Shown here piece after piece: positions 26,469 through 34,006 of a stretch of DNA of 36,454 nt. The stretch's first letter is position 1, and each line of letters opens with the position of its first letter. Source of the DNA: Mageeibacillus sp. UBA1257 (GTDB lineage: Bacteria > Bacillota > Clostridia > UBA1212 > UBA1257); NCBI GenBank assembly GCA_002308775.1, contig DBVT01000122.1:1-36454 (forward strand). The letters run 5' to 3'. The notes under the pieces were generated by a model, which was not told the origin of the DNA, made no database searches, and worked only from the letters and a program-made list of their open reading frames with translations. The position numbers were made by a program, and so were the translations under genes.

Positions 26469-28343
26469 ATGAAAAAGAGGCTTTTTACCGTTTTTATGAT
26501 CTTTTTTTTGATGTTTTGCATGATCTTGCCTTCATTCGGAGAGTTTAGCGTAACATACGGGTCGATCGAGGGAAACAACGTCCTGAGAGGCCAGACGATC
26601 GCGATCGCCGAGGTAAAAAACGAAGGAGACATCGATAAGATAATGGAGGGAAGAGTTCCGACCGTGGTCATCCTGCACATCGATTCTTCTTTGAACGTCA
26701 CAGCAGGCGCAAAAGGAAAAGCCCTTACGGACGTGGACGCTGTCTTGAAAAAACTCGATCTTAAGATCATTCCGTGTTTTTACATAAGCGACAAAAAAAC
26801 AGCTGACGCGATAGGCGACTACATCGAGACGAACAGGCTGAGGGACTGCTACCTGATGTCTTCCGATCCGGATCTGGTAAAAAAAGCCAGAGAATATTAT
26901 TCGGCGGCAGGCGTGATCGACTACAGAAAAGCATCAAAAAAAGAACTTGAAAAACTGAATGTAAGAAACACGACTAACTCCAATCTCGCGAAGGTCGCCC
27001 TGCTTCCGGAGGATTATCCTTACGAGGATATCGACTGGCTGCAGAAGAGGATAATAAAAGTCTGGACGGTTTCGGACGGAACGGATGTTTCGCTCTATGA
27101 CAGGATAATATCGGGAGCGGACGGAGTTTTGTGCGCGGATGAGGAAAAATTTTACGATACGATAGCGAAATTCGAGACGGATACTCTGCTGAGAGATCCT
27201 GTCATAATAGGGCACAGGGGTCAGCCTGCGACGAATCACGAAAACACTCTCTCGAGCGCGATCGCGGCTTATGAAGCGGGTGCGGACGCGATCGAATGCG
27301 ACGTGTATTTCTCAAAAGACAAAGAGATAGTCATCATGCACGACTCAGATATCTCGAGGACGACGGACGGAACAGGTGAGATCTCGCGTTATACTGTCGA
27401 AGAACTTAAAAAGTTCAAAATGGACACGAATCCGTCTTTTGAGGACGATACGATACCTACATTGAGAGAATATTTCGAATATTTCAAAGACAAGGATATT
27501 ATTCAGGTCATCGAGATAAAAGACGGCAACGCGAAGATCGTGGACGCTCTGAAGGAACTGATCGACGAATATAATATGTCCTCGAAAGTGAATTTTATAT
27601 CTTTCAACGCAAACCAGATGAAACTCACCAGACAGAAAATGCCCGAGATATCCTCAGGCCTTTTAGTCGGTGTAACTGCGGCTCCCGATCTTTCGAAATA
27701 CGGCACTAAAACGACGATGTTCAACCAGCTGGGACCTTCGAATCTATCCTATCATCCCAGCGTAGGCGCGATGACCGACGAGTTCATAAACTGGACGAAG
27801 GCCAGGAGCATACCGGTGTATGCCTGGACGATAGACGACTCGGCAACGTACGCGAGAGGATATCTCAATTTCGATTCCGTCACGACGAATTACACGCTCA
27901 AAACGTCAAATGTCGCGAGAGATATAGAGATCAGAGACATTTCCACGTTAAGATCTGACGGCGAAGGCAATTTTACCGTAGAGGGCGTTATGATCACGAG
28001 AAAGGGAGAAGAAAAGCAGGTAATATGCAATTGCGTGCCTCTCAGTGACTCTTCGTTATACACTGTTTCGAAGGACGGAAAGGTCGAACCGGCTGCGGAG
28101 GAAGAGGTCTATTTCGTTCCGTATTACAGATTCGGCCTGAACGAAGACGAGAAAAAAGAGATCGTCAGTTTTACGATGTACGCGAAGCCTTTTTCTCCGA
28201 ACGCCAAGGCCGTGGAAGAAAAGAGCGTAAAATTCGACAGAAAGAAACTGGACATTTTACTCGTGGCAGCAGTGATTCTGTGCGCGGCATTTTTATCGAC
28301 ATATTTTGTTATGAGGAAGAGAAGAAAGAAAAAAGTTGAATAA
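26469..28343 (+). CDS. Exported glycerophosphodiester phosphodiesterase (GDPD) family protein with C-terminal TM anchor
   Basis: Signal peptide MKKRLFTVFMIFFLMFCM. GDPD core VIIGHRGQPATNHENTLSSAIAAYEAGADAIECDVYFSKDKEIVIMHDSDISRTTDGTG. C-terminal helix ILLVAAVILCAAFLSTYFV followed by RKRRKKK. Confidence 0.85.
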   Translation: MKKRLFTVFMIFFLMFCMILPSFGEFSVTYGSIEGNNVLRGQTIAIAEVKNEGDIDKIMEGRVPTVVILHIDSSLNVTAGAKGKALTDVDAVLKKLDLKIIPCFYISDKKTADAIGDYIETNRLRDCYLMSSDPDLVKKAREYYSAAGVIDYRKASKKELEKLNVRNTTNSNLAKVALLPEDYPYEDIDWLQKRIIKVWTVSDGTDVSLYDRIISGADGVLCADEEKFYDTIAKFETDTLLRDPVIIGHRGQPATNHENTLSSAIAAYEAGADAIECDVYFSKDKEIVIMHDSDISRTTDGTGEISRYTVEELKKFKMDTNPSFEDDTIPTLREYFEYFKDKDIIQVIEIKDGNAKIVDALKELIDEYNMSSKVNFISFNANQMKLTRQKMPEISSGLLVGVTAAPDLSKYGTKTTMFNQLGPSNLSYHPSVGAMTDEFINWTKARSIPVYAWTIDDSATYARGYLNFDSVTTNYTLKTSNVARDIEIRDISTLRSDGEGNFTVEGVMITRKGEEKQVICNCVPLSDSSLYTVSKDGKVEPAAEEEVYFVPYYRFGLNEDEKKEIVSFTMYAKPFSPNAKAVEEKSVKFDRKKLDILLVAAVILCAAFLSTYFVMRKRRKKKVE

Positions 28344-28348
28344 CGAAA

Positions 28349-30190
28349 ATGTTTGATTTTGAAGACGAGCTTAAAAAACTGCCGGACAAGCCAGGAGTGT
28401 ATATAATGAGAAACAGCGAAGACGCTGTTCTCTACGTCGGAAAAGCGGTCGTGCTGAAGAACAGGGTCCGCTCTTATTTCCGCGGCAGTCACTCCGAGAG
28501 GATCTCGAAAATGATCGAGCAGATCGATCATTTCGAATATATCGTCACGGACAGCGAGTACGAGGCGCTTTTACTCGAGTGCAGTCTGATAAAAAAACAC
28601 AAGCCGAAATACAATGTACTGCTCAAGGACGACAAAAATTTTCCGTATATAAAACTCACGGTGAACGAGCCTTTTCCGAGACTTCTTCTGGCGAGAAAAG
28701 CCGACAAAGACGGAGCGAGATATTTCGGACCTTACCTCGGAGCCGAGACTGTATACAACGTGATCGACGCTGTGAGGAGGATATTTCCGACGAGGCTCTG
28801 CCGCAAAAAAATACCTCCCGAAGGAGGACACGACAGGGTATGCCTCAACTTTCACATCGGCCTTTGCACCGGTCCGTGCGGCGGAAAGATCACGAGAGAA
28901 GAATATATGGAGAACGTCGAGCACATAATCGCCCTTCTTTCCGGCAAAACCGAATCTACGGAAAAATATCTGAAGGAGAAAATGCTCGAGGCCTCCGAAA
29001 AGATGGAATTTGAGCTCGCCGCGACATACAGAGACAGACTCAAGGCAGTTGACTCTCTTAAAGAACGCCAAAAGATAGTTAAAACGTCCTCCGGCGACTG
29101 CGACATCATTGCCGTCGCGAAGAACGAAAACGACAGCTGCCTGCAGATCTTTTTCTTCAGAAACGGCAAGATCAGCGGCAGAGATTATTTTATTTTCGAA
29201 AATTCGGGCGAGCTTTCCGACTGGGAGATAATATCGTCTTTCATAACGCAATTTTACTCTGACGGGAGGCTGGTGCCGGGGAGCATACTGATAGAGTGCG
29301 AACCTGACGAAGAAGATGCCGCGCTGATCACAGAATGGCTGACAAAAGAGAGGGAGCACAAATGTACTCTCGTCTGCCCGCAAAAGGGAGAAAAAAAGCG
29401 TCTCGTCGAAATGGTAAAAAACAACGCGGTGATCACGCTCGAGAACTTCGAACTTTCGGGCCGTCAAAAGGCGAACGCGAAAAATATGACTCCGGACGCG
29501 CTGGCGGAAATACTGCATCTGGAAAAGACACCCGAAAGGATAGAAGCGTACGATATATCGAACCTGGGAGACAGTGAAATAGACGCGTCGATGGTCGTTT
29601 TTACCAACGGAGGACCGGACAGGAGCCAGTACAGACGCTTTAAGATGAAGACAGTCGAATCGAGAAACGACGTCGGAAGCGTCAAGGAGACGATCTCGAG
29701 GAGGCTTGCTCATCTGAAAGAAGGCGACGAGGAATTCGGCAAAAAACCTGATCTTATGATGATCGACGGAGGAAGAGGACAGGTGAACGCCGCTATAGAA
29801 GCGGTGAAGGAAGCCGGATTCGACATACCTGTCTGCGGAATGGTCAAGGACGGCCACCATAAAACAAGGGGCCTTTATTCTGCTGAAGGCGAATATCCTC
29901 TCCGCGACGACAGGGAGATGTGGCATTTCGTGAGCGCGATCCAAAACGAGGCTCACAGATTCGCGATAACTTACAACAGAAAGCTGACGGAGAAGAGATA
30001 CAGGGATTCGGAACTCGACAATATACCGGGCGTAGGAGAGGCAAAGAGGCTGCTTCTGTACAGGTCACTGGGTTCGCTTCCGGCGATAAAGGCCGCGACA
30101 AAAGAGGAACTTGCAGGCGTGAAAGGCATCTCCGAAAGCCTTGCCGGGAGAATATACGACGCCCTGCACGCGGAGGATGGTAAAAAATGA
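28349..30190 (+). CDS. uvrC: Excinuclease ABC subunit C
   Basis: GIY-YIG N-terminus (PGVYIMRNSEDAVLYVGKAVVLKNRVRSYF), a UVR domain, an endonuclease V-like domain and a C-terminal HhH. 613 aa. Confidence 0.95.
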   Translation: MFDFEDELKKLPDKPGVYIMRNSEDAVLYVGKAVVLKNRVRSYFRGSHSERISKMIEQIDHFEYIVTDSEYEALLLECSLIKKHKPKYNVLLKDDKNFPYIKLTVNEPFPRLLLARKADKDGARYFGPYLGAETVYNVIDAVRRIFPTRLCRKKIPPEGGHDRVCLNFHIGLCTGPCGGKITREEYMENVEHIIALLSGKTESTEKYLKEKMLEASEKMEFELAATYRDRLKAVDSLKERQKIVKTSSGDCDIIAVAKNENDSCLQIFFFRNGKISGRDYFIFENSGELSDWEIISSFITQFYSDGRLVPGSILIECEPDEEDAALITEWLTKEREHKCTLVCPQKGEKKRLVEMVKNNAVITLENFELSGRQKANAKNMTPDALAEILHLEKTPERIEAYDISNLGDSEIDASMVVFTNGGPDRSQYRRFKMKTVESRNDVGSVKETISRRLAHLKEGDEEFGKKPDLMMIDGGRGQVNAAIEAVKEAGFDIPVCGMVKDGHHKTRGLYSAEGEYPLRDDREMWHFVSAIQNEAHRFAITYNRKLTEKRYRDSELDNIPGVGEAKRLLLYRSLGSLPAIKAATKEELAGVKGISESLAGRIYDALHAEDGKK

Positions 30191-30915
30191 GCGTATTTGT
30201 TATAAGCGATCTTCATTTATCGATAGGCGAAGACAAGCCGATGGACATTTTCGGGCCTGCCTGGGGCAATTATACTACCCTGATCGAGCAGAACTGGAAG
30301 TCGCTCGTCTCTGAAGACGACACCGTGATAATTCCGGGAGATATTTCCTGGGCGATGTCCACGGAGGAGGCGCATACAGATCTTGAATTTGTCAATTCTC
30401 TGCCCGGCAGGAAGATCCTTATGAAGGGCAACCACGAATACTGGTGGAATACAAAATCGAAGCTGAACGCTCTCCAGAGGAAACACGGTCTGGACACACT
30501 TTATTTTTTCCATAACGACGGTTTTTACCTCGAGGGAGGCGGCTTTTTGATGGCCGGAACGAGAGGCTGGATGGTGCCTGACGACAAGAACTTCAAAAAG
30601 GAAACAGACGCGTCGATATACAGAAGGGAAGCCATCAGGCTGGAAGCATCCATTAAAAAAGCAAAGGAAGACGCGTGTAAAAAGGGCGTCGATGGCGCTC
30701 CGCTCGTCGTTTTTCTCCATTATCCGCCTTTTTCTGCCGCAGGAGGAAGAAATACCTTCTGGGACATTCTGGATAAATATAACGTATCAAAAGTCTATTA
30801 CGGGCACCTTCACGGCGCGTCGTGCGGCACAAAAAAACCGGCCGAAATGTCATTTCCGACTGAGTGCGTCTCAGCCGATCATCTTCGCTTCGTACCGGTA
30901 AAATTGGGAATCTGA
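30187..30915 (+). CDS. Metallophosphoesterase family protein
   Basis: ATGA overlap with uvrC. Motifs VISDLHLS, IIPGDISW, GNHEYWW and LHYPPF...GHLHG. Confidence 0.8.
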   Translation: MSVFVISDLHLSIGEDKPMDIFGPAWGNYTTLIEQNWKSLVSEDDTVIIPGDISWAMSTEEAHTDLEFVNSLPGRKILMKGNHEYWWNTKSKLNALQRKHGLDTLYFFHNDGFYLEGGGFLMAGTRGWMVPDDKNFKKETDASIYRREAIRLEASIKKAKEDACKKGVDGAPLVVFLHYPPFSAAGGRNTFWDILDKYNVSKVYYGHLHGASCGTKKPAEMSFPTECVSADHLRFVPVKLGI

Positions 30916-30922
30916 TCTTCCG

Positions 30923-31933
30923 TTATTTTTCTGTATCTGTATTTTCTTTTTCCTGCGTCTGGTGCGGCGTTCTCTTAAAGCCCTTGACGATCTTTTCCGT
31001 ATGCTTTTTATCGGGGACGATCAGGTTTATCGCACCGGGAAGGACCTCTATGGTCGCGGGGATATTCTCAGCCTTTTCACCGTCGTAGTCCATCGGGAAT
31101 GTATTGAAATCCTTCGAAAGGTCGGGAGAGACAGTGATCTTTTTGCCCGTAAGCATGAGGATGCGGGGATCGTCGACATGCATGCCTGTGGAGATCTTAG
31201 TGAGCAGCGGCATGACGTCGAGAGCGCCTACTTTCCTGACAAGAAAGAGATTGAACAGTCCGTCATTAATATACGCGCCGGGAGCGATCTTCGTAAAACC
31301 TCCGGCAGAAGTCGAATTCGATATCTCGAGCATAAAAGTATCCTCGTGGTAAATATCTCCGTCGCAGTCGATGATCAGAGGAGAAGTTTCCAAAGTCAGG
31401 CCGGTGAGATTTTTCGCGCCTTCAACAAGATAGGCGAGTCGTCCGAAGGCGTTTTTCTGCGTCACAGGCACTGTGTGAGCGACTGAAGACAAAAGCCCTC
31501 CTGCGACGACATTGAGAAAATAAGTCGCTTTATTCCTGTCTTTTGTATAAAACATTCCCACGTCGACAGGTTCTACTCTGAAGCTTTTTATCATCGAAAC
31601 GACTGACGCAGAATCCTTCGGGAGGCTGAGGGAAGCGGCGAAATCGTTCGTCGTTCCGAAGGGGAGAATGGCGAGCGGGATCTTTGAACCGCTTTTTACG
31701 AGACCGTTCACGACTTCGTTGGCTGTTCCGTCGCCTCCGACAGAAACGACAAAGTCGCACTCCTCAGGATCAAGGGATGCGGCGATATTCGTGGCGTCGT
31801 ATTTTCCCTGGGTCACGGAGATATTCAGGGAGGTCACCACATTTTCGGCGAGCAGCCTGTTGATGGTAAGATAGACAATATCTCTTGTGGCAGACAAACC
31901 CGATTGCGGGTTGATTATAAAGCATCCTTTCAA
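30923..31933 (-). CDS. Diacylglycerol/lipid kinase family protein (YegS/BmrU-like)
   Basis: FIINPQSG and the VSVGGDGTANEVVNGL ATP-binding motif. TTG start with a GGGGTGA RBS. It has a Lys/Glu/Thr-rich C-terminal tail. Confidence 0.85.
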   Translation of the reverse strand: MKGCFIINPQSGLSATRDIVYLTINRLLAENVVTSLNISVTQGKYDATNIAASLDPEECDFVVSVGGDGTANEVVNGLVKSGSKIPLAILPFGTTNDFAASLSLPKDSASVVSMIKSFRVEPVDVGMFYTKDRNKATYFLNVVAGGLLSSVAHTVPVTQKNAFGRLAYLVEGAKNLTGLTLETSPLIIDCDGDIYHEDTFMLEISNSTSAGGFTKIAPGAYINDGLFNLFLVRKVGALDVMPLLTKISTGMHVDDPRILMLTGKKITVSPDLSKDFNTFPMDYDGEKAENIPATIEVLPGAINLIVPDKKHTEKIVKGFKRTPHQTQEKENTDTEK

Positions 31934-31991
31934 GGTATCACCCCATTATCATATAATATCGGTCGCATAAGGACCGTTTGTGCCGTAAATT

Positions 31992-33785
31992 TCAGAACAG
32001 CCTGCGAACGACCGTACCCGGATCGGAAATCGGTCTCGCTTCAAGCCTTGTCTTTCCGTTTTTCGCTCCCGTAGAATAGAAGCAGTATATCATACTGTCT
32101 GATACGTAAAGATCTGAGATGAACATTTTACCCTCCGGATCGTATGAGAGGAGAAGCTCCGCCGGGCCGCCTTTTTCGGACACCCTGTAGATGCCGTAGT
32201 CAGACATCCCTTTGTCAGTCGATACGTATCCCTCGTAATAGATATATCCGTTTTTGACGTAAAACGCCCCTGTCCCGGGCTCTATCCCTTCGACTTTCGA
32301 GGGCTTCTTACTTTCCAGATCTGTCAGATCGAAATAGTAGATCGCAAGTCCGTTGAGCTCTTTGTACGTAAAATACATCCTGTCTCCCTCGCACTGCAGA
32401 GTATACGCCTCGTCGATAAATATCGTATCTATGCTGGGCTCGCCGTTGTACTCTGTGAGATAGTGAATGCCTTTCCATGCGCCTGCGGAGAAAAATACGG
32501 TGCCTTTGTCAGATATTTCGATATCGTATCTCTCGAGATTCAGGTCCGTGGAGCAGTCGTAGAGGAGCACAGGCTCGCCTCCGTCAAGGCTGATATAATA
32601 TATTCCGTCTCGTCCCGAATAATACAGTTTGTCTCCGTATACGGTCAGATTCGAAGCGGCCGTATCGTAAAACAGTTTCGCATTTTCGCCGTTCATGTCA
32701 GCCGCATAGATCGAACCGTCTTCCGTGTTTCTGTAGTAAAAATTCTTCCCGTCTGTCGCGAAATCCTTCGAATTAATGCCTTTTGCCTGTCCTGCCTCTG
32801 AAATGACGGAGCCGTTAACGTCCGCGATATATACGTCGTCATTTTCAGAAACGTTCTGGAAATAGAACCTTCCGTTTGACTCGAACATGCGCACTTTTGT
32901 GTCGAACTGGGGAGATCCGTAAACGTCGTTGTAGGCGATCTTTTCCGTCTTTTTGTCCCTGCTTAAAACGATCGCCGCGGTTATTCCCGCCGCGATCAGA
33001 ACTATCGCAGCGATGACAGCGATCAATATGATGATCCGGGATCTTTTCTTCTTTTTGCCCTTTACAGAGGACTTTTTTTCGACTGTGCCGTCTTCGCAGC
33101 ATGCGCCTTCTTCGCTGCCGTTTTCACAGTTTCCGGTTTCGCGCTCATCTTCGCCGTATGCGTATTCGTCGCTTCCGAGATCGAGCAGTTCATGGCTTGT
33201 ATATGCGAGAAGACCGGGCTCATCTGAATTTATCAGATCCCAGACGTCCGGTACGCACTCCGGAAAGTTGTCCTTTATCGTCGCGGGTATATCAAGTTCT
33301 TTGTAAATGCCGTCGATGTTCTCGAGCTGCCTGATCGCGCTCCTGTATTCGCCTTTAAGATCCCCCGTCCTGTACCAGAGAAAAGACGCGAGATCCCTGT
33401 CGGAAAAACCAGTGAGATTGGAGAGGATGAGTATCTTGCCCCTGTCGCCGTCGAGCGAAGTTATCGAATCGATGAGGAGTTTTGAAAGATTGTCGAGAAT
33501 GTGCTTTTCGCCCGTTTTTTTAATATCTTTATCGAGCAGGGCGTTCAGTGAAAGGTTTCTGGCGATCTCGAGCAGCCACTTTTCGCCGTCCATATCGGTC
33601 GTGTAGGAATAAGCGTATCTCCAGACCCTTTTGTATGTTTCGACCATGACCTCGCGGGCGAGCGATCTATCCTTGACATGCGTGATCGCGACAGCGTAAA
33701 CTCTCGACTTTGTCAGCCTGTAAAGCTCCTTGTAATCATTCCTGTTGCCTCTTGAAATCCCAGTGAAAAGATAGTCCGAGTTCAT
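31992..33785 (-). CDS. ECF-type sigma factor domain fused to a TM helix and a DUF5050-like beta-propeller
   Basis: Residues ~15-85 fit sigma-70 region 2 (YKELYRLTKSRVYAVAI...LAREVMVETYKRVW...WLLEIARNLSLNAL). Residues ~110-157 fit region 4 (RGKILILSNLTGFSDRDLASFL...GDLKGEYRSAIRQL). An acidic Cys-containing linker and a KKKKRSR stop-transfer cluster follow. The TM helix is IIILIAVIAAIVLIAAGITAAIVL (nt 32964-33035). About 310 exported residues carry repeated YY/FY-G-D-iYY propeller-like blades (KLYYSGRDGIYYISLDGGEPVLLY). Confidence 0.75.
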   Translation of the reverse strand: MNSDYLFTGISRGNRNDYKELYRLTKSRVYAVAITHVKDRSLAREVMVETYKRVWRYAYSYTTDMDGEKWLLEIARNLSLNALLDKDIKKTGEKHILDNLSKLLIDSITSLDGDRGKILILSNLTGFSDRDLASFLWYRTGDLKGEYRSAIRQLENIDGIYKELDIPATIKDNFPECVPDVWDLINSDEPGLLAYTSHELLDLGSDEYAYGEDERETGNCENGSEEGACCEDGTVEKKSSVKGKKKKRSRIIILIAVIAAIVLIAAGITAAIVLSRDKKTEKIAYNDVYGSPQFDTKVRMFESNGRFYFQNVSENDDVYIADVNGSVISEAGQAKGINSKDFATDGKNFYYRNTEDGSIYAADMNGENAKLFYDTAASNLTVYGDKLYYSGRDGIYYISLDGGEPVLLYDCSTDLNLERYDIEISDKGTVFFSAGAWKGIHYLTEYNGEPSIDTIFIDEAYTLQCEGDRMYFTYKELNGLAIYYFDLTDLESKKPSKVEGIEPGTGAFYVKNGYIYYEGYVSTDKGMSDYGIYRVSEKGGPAELLLSYDPEGKMFISDLYVSDSMIYCFYSTGAKNGKTRLEARPISDPGTVVRRLF

Positions 33786-33859
33786 CTCATCCGCTCCCGT
33801 AAAAAGGTCACATATAATCAGCTCTCAAGCGTAAAAAACGCCCGAAACAGCATGTCAGA

Positions 33860-33888
33860 ATTATATACCAACTTCGTTGAAATAGCAA
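33860..33888 (-). promoter_or_regulatory. Sigma-A type promoter for the sigma-fusion gene
   Basis: On the minus strand: TTGCTA (33888-33883), a 17-nt spacer, then TATAAT (33865-33860). It lies about 75 nt upstream of ATG 33785, with a GGGAG RBS. Confidence 0.5.
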
Positions 33889-33899
33889 AAAGAAGCAGC

Positions 33900-33925
33900 T
33901 GAAACCGTATGGCGGGAGAACCGTC
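33900..33925 (+). promoter_or_regulatory. Candidate ECF-type promoter (TGAAAC-N16-CGTC) facing the repeat-protein gene
   Basis: TGAAAC at 33900-33905, exactly 16 nt, then CGTC at 33922-33925 (followed by CGTA). This matches the classical GAAC / CGT ECF -35/-10 architecture. It is on the + strand about 80 nt upstream of ATG 34007 and next to the divergent ECF-like gene. Confidence 0.35.
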
Positions 33926-33942
33926 CGTACCGGTGCTTTTTG

Positions 33943-33971
33943 TTGACTTATTGCCTTTGACATAATATAAT
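33943..33971 (+). promoter_or_regulatory. Sigma-A type promoter for the repeat-protein gene
   Basis: TTGACT (33943-33948), a 17-nt spacer, then TATAAT (33966-33971). RBS AGGAGG upstream of ATG 34007. Confidence 0.55.
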
Positions 33972-34006
33972 AGAAAAACAAGACCCCCGAAGGAGGAAAA
34001 AATGAT

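Noticed and set aside
28571-29956. 461-aa minus-strand ORF antisense to uvrC.
   Set aside because: uvrC on the + strand is unambiguous. The antisense translation is Arg/Phe/Val-rich with no domain signature, as is typical of shadow ORFs.
30913-30925. Possible bidirectional terminator between the convergent metallophosphoesterase and lipid-kinase genes.
   Set aside because: Only 7 nt separate the two stop codons, which leaves no room for a hairpin. Termination signals, if any, must lie inside the opposing coding regions.
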